DNA of 63,723 nucleotides, counting the filler, from Octopus bimaculoides (lineage: Eukaryota), in NCBI RefSeq assembly GCF_001194135.2. It is 9 parts of 8 records of this genome, joined end to end, with 100 filler letters (N's around TTAATTAATTAA, not from the genome) between each part and the next. Parts side by side here need not be neighbours in the genome. Positions count along the whole stretch, not along the records: positions 33,907 to 38,846 come from NC_068983.1; positions 38,947 to 46,985 come from NC_068985.1; positions 47,086 to 52,485 come from NC_068982.1; 6 more parts are not named here. One strand, given 5' to 3'. Position numbers and translations under genes: made by a program. The notes under the pieces were generated by a model that did not search any database, was not told the DNA's origin, and saw only the letters and a program-made list of their open reading frames with translations. Each line of letters starts with the position of its first letter. Position 1 is the first letter of the stretch. This document shows positions 38,221 to 50,869 of this stretch, piece after piece.

Positions 38221-38565
38221 ATTTGCATGTTTCATTATGGACTTCAATAGCATTCAGGTATGCATATGTGTTTGATCGTGAATTAACATTTACTGTACCC
38301 TGAAAAATCAGCCCAAATGTTTTTGAATTTGGAAAATTCACACAAGCTGTAATGAATTCAGTGATATCATTGAAATTTGAAGACCACAATTCATTCTGTG
38401 AATGATTGGTATAAGTAATTAGTGCAAACTTTTTCATGTTTCCTCTTATTTGGTATTTGAAGGTGACACTAGAATTTTCCTTCACATCTGCTTGAGGTGA
38501 CAGTACTTGAAATTTTGCATTTTCAGTATTTGTTCTTGAATAAATGTATAAGTATTTGTTTGAGT
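38221..38565 (-). CDS. Host-gene exon encoding most of a MAM-like domain (345 bp, symmetric phase 1-1)
   Basis: Acceptor TTCTTTATTTTACAG|, donor T|GTAAGA and 115 open codons: YLYIYS..AKFQVLSP..VTFKYQIRG..ELW..FGLIFQG..YLNAIEVHNETC. This follows the MAM pattern (YLY, LxSP, FxYxxxG, LW, FxIxFxG, terminal Cys). N-glycosylation sequons (NSS, NHS, NET). Confidence 0.8.
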
Positions 38566-38846
38566 CTGTAAAATAAAGAAAATAAGCAAAATACATTAAT
38601 ATTGGTATGTGGTTTAAAATAAAGTTGTCAAAATAGCGACTAATCTAATGATAAATCCAAAATACATAGTAACGATAAGTTAATAATTTTCTAACTAACA
38701 AGGAACTTGTGGATCCATTGTTCATTTTCAGTTTCTGATTGCGAGAGGATGAAACTAAGTCACTTAACTTGGCGCTCTACCATTTTACCTTTCAACTGAC
38801 TATGGATGTAGAGTAGACATTATGAAGGTAGAAAACATGTTTCTTG

Positions 38847-38946
38847 NNNNNNNNNNNNNNNNNNNNNNNNNNNNNNNNNNNNNNNNNNNNTTAATTAATT
38901 AANNNNNNNNNNNNNNNNNNNNNNNNNNNNNNNNNNNNNNNNNNNN
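38847..38946. other. Artificial scaffold-join spacer
   Basis: 44 N + TTAATTAATTAA + 44 N. Confidence 0.97.
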
Positions 38947-39077
38947 TATATATATATATATATATATATATGACTTTTTAAAATTATCTCTAAAGATTTC
39001 TATAGAGAAATAAGAAGGCAATATGTAATGAATGTATGACGAAATTGCTGGCCCTACCAGCAAATAATATGTATCGT

Positions 39078-39461
39078 GGCACTCCACCGATTACGACGAC
39101 GTGGGTTCCAGTTGATCAGATCAACGGAAAAGCCTGCTCGGGAAAATTAACGTACAAATGGCTGAGCACTCCACAGACACGTGTACCCTTAACGTAGTTC
39201 TCGGGCTGGGGGATTTAGCGTGACACAGAGTGTGACTAGGTTGGCCCATTGAAATACAGGTACAACAGAAACAGGAAGAAAGTGTGAGAGATAGTTGTGG
39301 TGAAAGCGTACAGCAGTGTTCGCCACCTCTGCCGGAGCGTCGTGGAGCTTTGAAGTGTTTTCGCTCAATAAACGCTCACAACGCCCGTTCTGGGAATCTA
39401 AACCGTGATCCTATGACCGCGAGTGTTCGCTGTCCTAACCACTGGGCCATTGCACCTCCAC
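39078..39461 (-). mobile_element. Full-length SINE: tRNA head + body B2 + tail T3
   Basis: Head GTGGAGGTGCAATGGCCCAGTGGTTAGG on the minus strand, B2 module at 39267-39300, and tail GGCACTCCACCGATTACGACGAC. Confidence 0.85.
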
Positions 39462-40140
39462 AATTAATATATATATATATTTACACCCACACACGCACAC
39501 ACATTTTTTAATTCTTTTATATGTTTCCACCCTGAGGCTGTGGCCATGCATATATACAATATATACATATCCATACATATACGATATATATATGGAGAGA
39601 GACACGTATATACACAGAATAGATAGATTGACGCCTCTCCCTTAGCAGAGTTGTTTGAGAATCGGGTTGAATGCATTACCAGATATATTTCGTCTTGCTT
39701 TCTGCATTATTTGTTCCAATCGGACCGAAGTCATTTTTACCTATCATTCTTCGTGGTACCAGTCTAGTGGCAGTGGATACTTCTTCTACTCTCACATTTC
39801 ACAACTTTTGCATTCATCTTTGGTTTTGGGTTAACAGTGGGGAGGTATTTATCTACTCACAACAACAGGTATATTTGTAACAGTTAGCCAAATCATGGTG
39901 CATGCTAACCAAGAAATTGTAATAACAATTTTATTTACATACCTATCCACATCATTGCCAAACGCGAGAAAAAATGTCCAGCCAGATACTACATTTCCCG
40001 AAGGCATACTATGGTAGCCAGAAGAATCTAGAATTGAATAAAAGGAAAAAATATATAAGTAAAAAAGATTATTAGCATGAAATTAATGGATCAAATACAT
40101 GTTAGGGAAACATAAGAAAAAAAAACACATACCAAGGTGA

Positions 40141-40251
40141 CCAGATATTGTTATTTAGGATGACAAAATTATAAATCGCTCCGTGGTGGAAATAAGTTGC
40201 TCACATGACATAAATATAGTAAGAAAAATATGGGAGAAAGAATATACCTAC
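40141..40251 (+). pseudogene. Decayed restriction-like endonuclease fragment of an R4/NeSL-type retrotransposon
   Basis: PDIVI*DDKIINRSVVEISCSHDINIVRKIWEKEYTY shows the PD..E..K/Y pattern. Confidence 0.5.
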
Positions 40252-41147
40252 AATATACCTAGCATTCATGAAAAGCCTGCAAATTCAACATTTAAAATAC
40301 ATTTTAGCTTTATAGAAATCATTGCAGTAAAACTTTGAACATGCCCAGATATGACAGGGACGAGAACTTGGATATTTCGAAAGAGAAACCAGCTCTAGAA
40401 TTCAGCCAGCATGCCTTTCAGATTCAGAAGTTCTTTTTGTTGAGCCACAGAGGACAAGATGAACAAGAAGCCTTTTCATATATGGCTTTTATTTACAAGT
40501 TCATCACTAATCGGGTGAATAGTTTTGAAAAGTTTTTCCTCTGTTGATGAGTACCATACTCGAAATATAAAGAATTATTAAATTACATCAAAGGTATATC
40601 TGGTTGTTTTCATATTGCATTATAAGTTTTTTCAATCAAAAACACTTTTATATAGACATACATAAACATACATATATACATATATATGATATATGATGCA
40701 TATGTTTATATACTTATACATTTATGCGTGTACGTTTATACATATACATATATATATATGTACACGTATGTATATATATTTAGATACACACACACATACA
40801 TATGTTGCCTTTAGGTTGTAAAATTACTAGTAAGCCACCCATATATATATATATATATANNNNNNNNNNNNNNNNNNNNNNNNNNNNNNNNNNNNNNNNN
40901 NNNNNNNNNNNNNNNNNNNNNNNNNNNNNNNNNNNNNNNNNNNNNNNNNNNNNNNNNNNNNNNNNNNNNNNNNNNNNNNNNNNNNNNNNNNNNNNNNNNN
41001 NNNNNNNNNNNNNNNNNNNNNNNNNNNNNNNNNNNNNNNNNNNNNNNNNNNNNNNNNNNNNNNNNNNNNNNNNNNNNNNNNNNNNNNNNNNNNNNNNNNN
41101 NNNNNNNNNNNNNNNNNNNNNNNNNNNNNNNNNAAAATACAATATTC

Positions 41148-41305
<158 letters not shown>

Positions 41306-41992
41306 ATATGTATGGCTTTTGCTTTATATTTGTATAAATTGATTACAAGTCTCACCCAAAGACCTCAAGAGACTAGAAGTTAGAAGTTCGAGTTTGTGTT
41401 ATGATTAGGGTGCCATATATTTGGTTTGGCATAGAGCATTGTTCTAGAGAATGTTCTAGAGGATGTTCTAGATAAATTTGTTGTTAAAGTAATTTGATTA
41501 TAAGATGATAGTTTTATGTTAAGATGACAGTAAAATGTGTTTGCTGTTATGTTCCTTTAAAAGTATTTTGACACTGTTTACGGATTAGAATATTTTTGGG
41601 ATTACATAGACAATATTTTACATAGGATATGGGCAGTCTCATGGGTACTATGTTTTTTGAATTTCTTCCACTTTTGGATCTCCTGGTATCTAGGCTAAAT
41701 AGCAATTTATCATTCTTACCTATGAAAGTTTGGTATTGATGCATCGATTAATAAGCATTTTTTTCTTGGTGGTGTCTGACAACTATATCCGGCATTTTAG
41801 CCTTAATCTCTCTATCTGTGTGAATTGGCATAGCCCAGAGTATGGCTGCTGTCTCGTTTTCTGTGACCTTTTCTGGCGTGTGGCTATACCATCTTTTTTC
41901 TGTTGGTATTCCATAGTGCTGTCATAGCTTCCAGTGTATATAGGTCCAAACTCTGTCGTGTCAGTGAATATATTCCTTCTTAGCCAGGACTC
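41306..41992 (-). mobile_element. R4/Dong-clade retrotransposon 3' fragment ending in (TAA)n
   Basis: LAKKEYIH*HDRVWTYIHWKL*QHYGIPTEKRWYSHTPEKVTENE..ILWAMPIHTDREIKAKMPDIVV..LIDASIP (RHD and PD..D motifs), an internal deletion, then the IVxMxxAHILxKILSM-like end. 3' UTR as in the 13228 copy. Confidence 0.9.
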
Positions 41993-42027
41993 GGAAGCCA
42001 GAGACGTATATATACATAAGTATATAT

Positions 42028-42064
<37 letters not shown>

Positions 42065-42077
42065 GGATATATACTGA

Positions 42078-42399
42078 GACACCCTTCTGTCATGACTGAC
42101 CATGGGATTGCACCTAGAAAGTTACCCTCCCGGGCAAGGATGTTTATAGAAGACCAGCAGTCGTCCATGCATACCGCTCCCCCCTCTCCACGCCACCAGT
42201 GTTATCCAAGGGAATTGTAAAGGCCGATACAGCTTGGCACCTGTGACGTCGCAAGGCATTTCTACAGCTGAGTGAACTGGAGCAACGTGAAATAAAGTGT
42301 CTTGCTCAAGAACACAACACGCAGCCCGGTCCGAGATACGAACTCACAACCACAGGATCGTAAGCTCGACGCCCTAACCACTGAGCCATGCGCCTTCAC
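42078..42399 (-). mobile_element. SINE family C, well-preserved full-length copy
   Basis: Head GTGAAGGCGCATGGCTCAGTGGTTAGGGCG..GAGTTCGTATC with A and B boxes, body B1 and tail T1. Confidence 0.92.
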
Positions 42400-42415
42400 A
42401 TGCATGTATTGATAT

Positions 42416-42448
<33 letters not shown>

Positions 42449-42589
42449 NNNNNNNNNNNNNNNNNNNNNNNNNNNNNNNNNNNNNNNNNNNNNNNNNNNN
42501 NNNNNNNNNNNNNNNNNNNNNNNNNNNNNNNNNNNNNNNNNNNNNNNNNNNNNNNNNNNNNNNNNNNNNNNNNNNNNNNAACAAATAAT

Positions 42590-42800
42590 AAATGAGTGTA
42601 TGCATATATACGTACAAGTATGTGCATACCTACATCTACCTGTATATATAGGTGCATATCTGGGTACAGGACGTTGCAAACAAAACGTAGACAAAAATAA
42701 TAACCAGAGTACAGAAAACACACAGGCCACATAGAGAACATTTTCCTTCATCAGCTGCCACCATTCTAACACAGGCGTTTCAAGTGTGCAGACAAACGAA
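42590..42800 (-). repeat. T-rich interspersed repeat with GAAAC..CTGATGA boxes (family of 29600)
   Basis: Minus strand CTTGAAACGCCTGTGTTAGAATGGTGGCAGCTGATGAAGGAAAATGTTCTCTATG..CGTCCTGTACCCAGATATGCA. Confidence 0.7.
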
Positions 42801-44132
42801 AGAAGGGCACTTAACTCATTTATTGGGAGTAACATGTATGGATCGAAAAAATTCATTGAAACTCCTTGGTACTCCGAGTTTTGAAGTATGAAACGGGCTT
42901 TGCTTAAGCGGGGAAGCGACTATGCTATTCAAAATCTTCAGAGTGACTTTAAAAAAAAATAACCTGGTTTGTTTATCTTAAAGTGATAACCCGATAACCG
43001 CTATTTGAATCTCATAGTTTCAAATTCAATGGGTATGATTTTGCAATGTAGAAACAGTAAAAAAATCGAAAATGCATAAATAGAATAAGGATGCATTTAA
43101 TACATGTAGATGTAACAACAAATGCTGAAACTGCAGAATTAACAAAACAGATGTAAGGTATATCATAAGTCACTGTCCCGAAATATCCTCATGATTTTAT
43201 TTATCATTGGGATATAACACAGTGACAAAGAAACTATTCAATGCTATTTGCAGAAGGGACAAACTTGAAGATAAAGTATTGTCCTTAGGTTAGAGCATTG
43301 TGGTGAGCGTAATCAATGTTAATATGGAAGAATATTGTTGGAATATTCCAACCAAATTACTGTAAATTTGTACGAATAAAAGATCAGAGCAAATGATCTG
43401 AGATAAAGAAAAATCAGTGTACACGGAAGTAAAAATCAGTTGTTCAGTAGGCGACAACGTAAAGTAAAACATCTATTTGAACTAATGAGAAATATACTGA
43501 TGTCACACACGGATTATAAGTTCAGATTAATGATTGTGAACATTGGAGTATTTTCTGTTGTAATTTACTACCTCGATGTCAATCATGAAAACTTGGACTT
43601 CTCAAAACCAGAAAGAACATTGGCTAATTAGGTAATTACATTTATACTTACAAGCAATTAATTGAATTATGGAAATATATAAAATATACTAAAAGTTGTA
43701 GCCTGCAGTATATACATACGCACAAGTAGTGAGGTACTAACGTGTGTTTATGTTCATATAAGGCAATGCATACAAATTTACACAGAAGCATACATACACA
43801 TTAAAAGATTCAGGGACAGAGAAAAAATATATAGACAAATAGGTAGGCATGCATATTTGGATATGCATGTCTAACCATTTGTTATTTGTCATAATAGATA
43901 TATGTATATACATACATATATATGTATATGTATGTGTGCGTGTGTGTGTGTGTGTTTGGTTGTCTGTGTTTGTGTTTATGCATTGTTATACATAATAATA
44001 GTTACCAATTAAACTTAAATATCACTCAATACTTTTCGGTAAACATATTCACAACCCGATGAAGGCAACGTTATCGATACTTCGAAGTAACTGTCAACCT
44101 TTGCCATATAAAAACCTATCTATCTATCTATA

Positions 44133-44176
<44 letters not shown>

Positions 44177-44210
44177 CATATATATATATCTATATATATA
44201 TATATCTATA

Positions 44211-44250
<40 letters not shown>

Positions 44251-44340
44251 CATATATATATATCTATATATATATATATCTATATATCTATCTATATCTA
44301 TCTATATATCTATATATATCTATCTATCTATCTATCTATC

Positions 44341-44443
<103 letters not shown>

Positions 44444-44969
44444 GGTGTCTCTTTATCAAAGTAGAATGTTCAGTCTAGACTGTTTGTTTCTGCCTATGTA
44501 CCTATTGTTATATAGCTACATTGTTTGTTCGCCGGTATTTGTCGCCTTGTCTATTGATCTCTGCTTGTTGTCTAAGAATTGACCATGTCAATGCCTATTT
44601 CTGTTATTGTCTCTTGGTCTACAACTTTGTTTATGATCGTGTGTCCATTTACATTAGTCTTTCTTCCTTCATCTGTGATTCTATTGTGTCTTCGAAATTT
44701 TGTCTGTATCCACACGAATCTAACTATATCTGGCTGGCAATTAGATTCTTCAAATTTCTCTGTCTTTATCTGTGTGTCTATTTTGTCTGTCTAAAGCTGC
44801 ATGTCTACGATATTTGTCTCCAGATCTCTCTGACGAAGGTCCGTCTGTGTTAGTCTTTCTGTCTACACGAAATATTCTCATTAATTTTTGCATGTTTATC
44901 TGTTTACATGGGTATCCCTTTATTCTATTTACCAATATGCGTCTCATAATCCAATTATCTGCCTGTCTG

Positions 44970-45032
<63 letters not shown>

Positions 45033-45185
45033 GTCTATCTATCTACTTATCTACCTATCTATCCGTTTATCTACCTCACTAACTATTTGCATATCTGTTG
45101 TCTGCCTGTCTGTCTAACAGTTTGTTTATCTATCTCAGCCCTCTATCGGTATACGTGTATGTATGTATATGTAGATATGTATATA

Positions 45186-46071
45186 AAGGGTGCGGTGAAT
45201 AAACTATCATTTAACTTATGAAAAATGAAAATAACACTGACATCTCATTTTAACAGATATATTTACCAAAATTACATATACTCGGTACATTCCTTCTTGA
45301 TAAACTAAAGAGTAAATTTATTCAATAAAATCGCAATTGGCTTCGACCACGACCTCCAGACGACTTCGGGATCTTCTGCAAGTCTTCTGGAAGGTCTCCT
45401 TGTTTAAGTTGGTGAATACTACCATAGTCCTTGCTTCAGTTCGTCCTTGGTGTTAGAAGGAGTTTAGTTGGTCTCTCGCTCAACTGTGCTCCTCACATAA
45501 AGAGGGTTGCAGTTTGGGGAGTTAGGTGGCCAGATGTTAGGGATGTTGTGGTCGTAGAAATTGTCTGACAGCCATGACTGGGTGCTCTTGCTTGTGTGAC
45601 ATTGTGCAGAGTCCTGTTGCCAGACATAGAATCTTCCAGCAGCCACCCTCTTGACCCAGAGCAGCCCTACCTCGTCTAGGCACTTGATGTAGGCCTTCCT
45701 GTTGAGTCTGAGGCCGTGTGGAAAGATGAATGGGGGCATAACGTCACCATCACTCGTGATCAATCCAAATGATGTTGACTGCATGCGTGGTTGTTATCAC
45801 TCTCGGTGCATTTACTCAGATTGCACTGTCCTCAGATTGACTCTCAAACACTCTGAAATGTTCGTATTGGAACTTCCGGCGCGAATGCCAAGTAGTACAG
45901 CATGTCGTTTTCAAATTTCTGGCATAGTGAATTGCGTCATGGTGCTGCTTTTCTCACAGACGGTGCCCAACTGATCCTACTATACTGTGTAGTCGAGAGA
46001 ATCAAAAACAAACAATGCACATGTGCGAAATTATAAGTATAAAATAGCTACAATTTAACTATCGCATACTG
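45186..46071 (-). mobile_element. maT (DD37D) element with internal deletion, both TIRs present
   Basis: Diverged TIRs (CAG..TGCG.T..TAAA) flanked by TA. N-terminal MTQFTMPEI*KRHAVLLGIRAG joins directly to FGLITSDGDVMPPFIFP..VWQQDS..WPPNSPNCNPL; 37 residues lie between the QQD Asp and the third-Asp position. Confidence 0.9.
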
Positions 46072-46222
46072 TAATTTATATGAGTAAAATGCGTATGTAT
46101 GTATGTATGTATATGAGTATGTATGTATGTATGTATGCATATGTGTAAGGCTGTGCCTCTCCAGGTATAACATTCTGTCTGATTAATTTACAAAACCTAT
46201 CAACCATTATATATATATGTGT

Positions 46223-46302
<80 letters not shown>

Positions 46303-46608
46303 GTATGTATGCATTTATAAATGTATAAATGTTAGTGCGCTTGTGCAATATTAACCATTTCACGAAGTAATTCAATAAAAGGGTGAGAGGGTAGCAATCT
46401 ATATAATCATAATCGTAAACGACGGAGGACCCATGGTCTATATATTGCTACTCTATCAGTCTCCATCTGCCTGTAATATACCTCTATCTCCACATCTGTC
46501 TATCGTAATCTGCGTCTATATTGGTGTCTGTTTATCCGTGTCTGTCAATCAGTTTTGACGATGTCTACCTGTAATTCACTCTCTGTCGTTACCGATGTGC
46601 GTGCACAC

Positions 46609-46707
<99 letters not shown>

Positions 46708-46985
46708 AGAGAGAAATAGTGAGTGTATGTGTATATGCGTGTGTATACGCACATGTACATATGTACTATATTGCGCTAGTTTCTCTTTTTTTTTCTCTAT
46801 CTCTCTATGTCAATCAATAAGTCTGAGTCTAGCTTATTATGGTTATATACAAACATACATATGTACATAAATATATATATTTATATATACATACATACAT
46901 ATACACAGACACAAAAACATACAAATCTAAGGGTGTATATATATACACACACACATACATTTAAACATATATATGCATATATATA

Positions 46986-47085
46986 NNNNNNNNNNNNNNN
47001 NNNNNNNNNNNNNNNNNNNNNNNNNNNNNTTAATTAATTAANNNNNNNNNNNNNNNNNNNNNNNNNNNNNNNNNNNNNNNNNNNN
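46986..47085. other. Artificial scaffold-join spacer
   Basis: 44 N + TTAATTAATTAA + 44 N. Confidence 0.97.
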
Positions 47086-47299
47086 TATATATATATATAT
47101 TGTATGCACTCTAGTATACGAAAGAAAGCAATATCTACTCGATTCAAATACTTACAACAGGAAATAATATCATGAATCAAGTATTTATAAATATTCCTAA
47201 ACAATACGGAAATATATACCGTCCATCTGAGGAGGAGTTGCCTCACACAACTACTACGGCATTACGGACACTGAAAGTGTTGAAAATGGTTCTGTATGT

Positions 47300-47665
47300 C
47301 ACAAAATGTCACTGCAAAACTGCGTGATTGGCTATATGACTTGACATTTTTTTTATAGCATAAATAGAAGTTAAACAGTTGCAGCCTATGGTGTTCTCCC
47401 TGTGGAGACATCGGTTCTCAGCTAAGTCCTTTAATGAACTGTACTGGCACCACTACTAGTTGTGATGGCTCTCTCCAACATTCCCTCAAGTATACAGTGC
47501 GTGACTCTCACCATCTCTACTGATGATACAAAAGTATCACAGGTGGTCAAGGACCCTGATGACATATACAAATTGCAAATCTTCTTGAATGCAATATGCA
47601 AATGAGCTGATGAAAATAGCATGCAGTTCTATCCTAAGAAGTTTCAAGTACACTTCTAGCGGCTC
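47300..47665 (+). pseudogene. CR1-like LINE reverse transcriptase fragment
   Basis: KLRDWLYD..TVAA..TVLAPLLVVMALSNIP..ISTDDTKVSQVVKDPDDIYKLQIFLNAICK*ADENSMQFYPKKFQ corresponds to the PQGxVL, FADD and following RT motifs, decayed. Confidence 0.8.
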
Positions 47666-48961
47666 ACAAACAGACTGTAGTCGGAATAAACAATTCCCCA
47701 TGGGGTAAGGGGGAGAAGTGCAATCTCAGAATCGGAGTCGGAGTCGGAGTCGAAACAGTTAAAAATATATTCGTAAATGCCATGCATACATAAGCGTGTC
47801 TCTCTATGTGAAGATGTTCAATTACATATCCTTAATCATTTAACTTACCTGTGTATCCCTCCTCATCTGTAGATTGACATTCACCCGTTGTGGTCATTCT
47901 TTTGACATACCATTATTGCAAAAACCGCTATAACTGGATCTCCATCTTTTTCATGCCGTTTTAATTTATCATCTTGCACAAAACAATCATAATAATACAC
48001 TTTTAACGCATTCCAAGACTGGTTTATCTCTCCTTTTCAAGATAGAAATTACTTGTAGAAAATGTAGTTTGCTGTTAATGGATTAGTTTCTAACAATCTA
48101 TCAAATTCTTCCTCTATTCTATAAAATAGCGTCTACCATTTTGCAAATTATTTCATTTCTGGCTTTTGATATTCAGTCAAATTAATAATTCCTCGGTATC
48201 TGAGATGAATTATATATTTCCAAACACTTTTCGCTCATCCTATATTTGTCGTATATTGTAACGCCCATTTCAATGATAATTAATTGCTGTTTAAATTAAT
48301 TACTGCAATTTATTGCCGGAAATGCATCTCTGTAAACTACTGTTTAATTTTCAATATTTGAAATTAATAATAGACCATCGTATCTACACCTGATGATGTC
48401 ATAGTTTATTCCCAAGTGTTACAACGCTTTAGTTTTTCAAATAAAAGCTATTTCATATAAAATTAAAACAAAGAATGATGTATATCAATTGCATTGTTGT
48501 AAATAATCAGCCGGTTGTTTTTCAATTAATAGGACTATTTTAGCGAGAAAACAAATGATCATATTTACATGGAATGCAATCCGCAAGCGACTCTTCATTT
48601 ATTCTGTCTTGCGTAATGTTGAATATTAACGAATGTAGTGACTCTTTCCTCACCATTACAGAATAAGTGACAGTTAATTAACATACCTATTAATTTAAGG
48701 AGCAAAGTCGTTACTTTTTTGTGTTTTATCTCTTACATGATATTTACATTCCCATCTTTTGGAAAGCTAAAAACGAAAATGAAAGGGAACGAAAAATTAA
48801 GTTACATCGACTTTTTACTGAGGCTGCAGGTTGTATGGGAAATGAGCCATGCGAACTGGGGTGCCTGTTGCAGCGAGTGTCACCGACTAATCTCCCTGTT
48901 TCTTTTTCTTCCTTTTCTGTGTGTTCTATTTTTGAGCAACACAGTTTCACGTTTTACAGTT

Positions 48962-49172
48962 CACTAAGCTGTAACAATTAGTTGCAACGTCACTGGAGCC
49001 AAGCTCTATCGGACTTTCCTTTTCCTTAGGATAATAGCGGTGGAGTGGAGAGGGGAGGTTGGTATGCAAGGGCAACGGGTGGCTTTCCGTAAACAACCTT
49101 GCTCAGACTTGTGCCAAGGGGCAGAACTTTCTAGGTGCAATATCATGGTTATTCATGACTGAAGGGTTTCTT
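48962..49172 (+). mobile_element. SINE family C, 3' part, tail running into (CT)n(AT)n
   Basis: Reverse complement of the B1/T1 modules seen at 42078. Confidence 0.82.
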
Positions 49173-49196
49173 CACCCTCTCTCTCTATCTCTCTCT

Positions 49197-49336
<140 letters not shown>

Positions 49337-49338
49337 CT

Positions 49339-49469
49339 GTATTTCGTATGTCTTTACGTTCTGAGTTCAAATTCCGCCAGAGTCGATAAATTAAGTACCC
49401 ATTTCGGGGTCCATCTAATCGATTGGCCCCCTTCCACAAAATTTTGGGCCTTGTGCCTATAGTAGAAAA

Positions 49470-49470
<1 letters not shown>
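49339..49470 (+). mobile_element. SINE family A with internal deletion
   Basis: AAATTCCGCC.GAGTCGATAAATTAAGTAC lacks the CTTTGCCTTTCATCCTTTCGG core that lies between two GTCGA motifs in other copies. Confidence 0.85.
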
Positions 49471-49499
<29 letters not shown>

Positions 49500-49500
<1 letters not shown>

Positions 49501-50230
49501 GGAGATTATGAGAGATAATGGTGTCAGTAAGACCGAAAGGTGTCAGGTAATGCTGAGTAAGTGCTTGAATAGACCATAGTTAAGCTCCAGGTTCGGTGAT
49601 TATGCGAATAAGGAGTCCAACGAAGGTCATATATCAGCGTGTGTATATATAATTTTTTTTCAGAATGAGATAAAAAACCAAGGCTGTGAATATTTTAGAG
49701 TATTTATAATTAGAAGGTCTTACAGCTGTTTCCAGGATATTTATTATATCCCTTCATCGGAGACAGTGTGAGAAGATGGTTAAGCAGTAGTTAATTTAGA
49801 TAAGATACGAAATAGGGAGTGAATTGGAGGAACAAAATTGATGTGAGATATGCAGGGATATTTCATTTGTAGAAAGTGACCTAAATGTAGTGAATGTATT
49901 TGTAAGTTCAAATCGAAAATAGGAAGAGAAGAATAAAGAAAAGAGAAAAGAAAAGAGAAGAAAAAAAAGGAAAACGAAGAAAAACAGGAAGAGGGGAATA
50001 AAGGAAAGAAAGAAAAAAGAAATAAGAAAAAACAAGGAGAGAGCTACTGAGGGAAAGTTTACCTGTTAGTGGTCAGTCAAGATAATTTGAAAGTAGGAAC
50101 GGGGATATGAGGGTGATAGAGAGAGGTATAAAAAGTAAAGGAGTGTCAGTTATGTAGTAGGTATTGGAAATAAAACCGTTGATTAAATAGCACTGTGTAC
50201 AAAAACTGTACTTGGAATGACCAATTTTAA
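49500..50230 (-). mobile_element. Penelope pseudo-LTR-like repeat carrying a hammerhead ribozyme
   Basis: Pyrimidine-rich element on the minus strand containing the ribozyme at 49717-49764, with an inverted partial twin at 50281-50490. The Penelope assignment is inferred from the ribozyme type and the inverted arrangement; boundaries are approximate. Confidence 0.55.
49717..49764 (-). ncRNA. Minimal type I hammerhead ribozyme (U4C core variant)
   Basis: Minus strand GUCU-CCGAUGA-AGGGAUAU-AAUAA-AUAUCCUG-GAAAC-AGCU-GUA-AGAC. Stem I is GUCU/AGAC, stem II has 6 bp plus a G-U pair, stem III is the palindrome ACAGCUGU, and the cleavage triplet is GUA. Confidence 0.8.
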
Positions 50231-50280
50231 ATACTTTTGGAATTTACTCACAAGGTATTGGAATCGTATATGTATACCAT

Positions 50281-50490
50281 TCTACCTAAATAATGGATCT
50301 ACAAATGCAATATCCCTGCATATCTCACATCTCTTTTCATTCCTCCACTTCGTTCACTATTTCGTATATTATCTAAATTAACTATTGATTATCCATTTTC
50401 TCACACCGTCTACTTCTATTTATAAATGTTCTAAAATCTTCACAGACTTGGGTTTTTTTTTTATCTCATTCTGAAAAAATTATATATGAA
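50281..50490 (+). repeat. Inverted twin of 49640-49890 lacking the ribozyme
   Basis: ..TTCTCACACCGTCT|A|CTTCTATTTATAAATGTTCTAAAATCTTCACAG.. versus ..TTCTCACACTGTCT[ribozyme]AGACCTTCTAATTATAAATACTCTAAAATATTCACAG.. Confidence 0.88.
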
Positions 50491-50869
50491 CATATAAGTA
50501 TATAAATATATATACATACCTACATACACATACCTTTACACACGTAGATACGTATACGTACAGACACACATACATATATACATTCGTAATCAAATGCCAG
50601 ATATATTCATTTCTTAAGAATGATACTCTGAAAGTCTAGAAACGTCGCATAAAGTTTTTAAGGAAGCTACTTTGTCATTCCCAGGTTTGAATGCAAATAA
50701 AATTTTTAAAATGACAAAAAAAATTATAAAACTTAAACACACACACGCACAAGAACACGCAAAAGCACACACACGCACACACACACATATCTGTTCAAAT
50801 ACGTTTAACTGTGTCTGCGTGTATGTATTCGCACACATCGCAAAGGACGCAACTATGTATACCGATGAC

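Noticed and set aside
18817-38565. Joining the MAM exon with the two orphan exons into one minus-strand gene
   Set aside because: Two artificial spacers lie between them, so order and orientation are not established.
42340-42399. tRNA-like sequence with A and B boxes (also 7001, 16693, 39400 and 59507)
   Set aside because: No proper acceptor stem or cloverleaf, and each continues into a SINE body; these are SINE heads, not tRNA genes.
44828-44880. CTGACGAAGG followed by GAAAT
   Set aside because: No stem II, stem III or cleavage site can be built.
47733-48480. (GGAGTC)3 followed by AT-rich DNA that might be a decayed DNA transposon
   Set aside because: I could not recover a diagnostic transposase motif or a matching second end.
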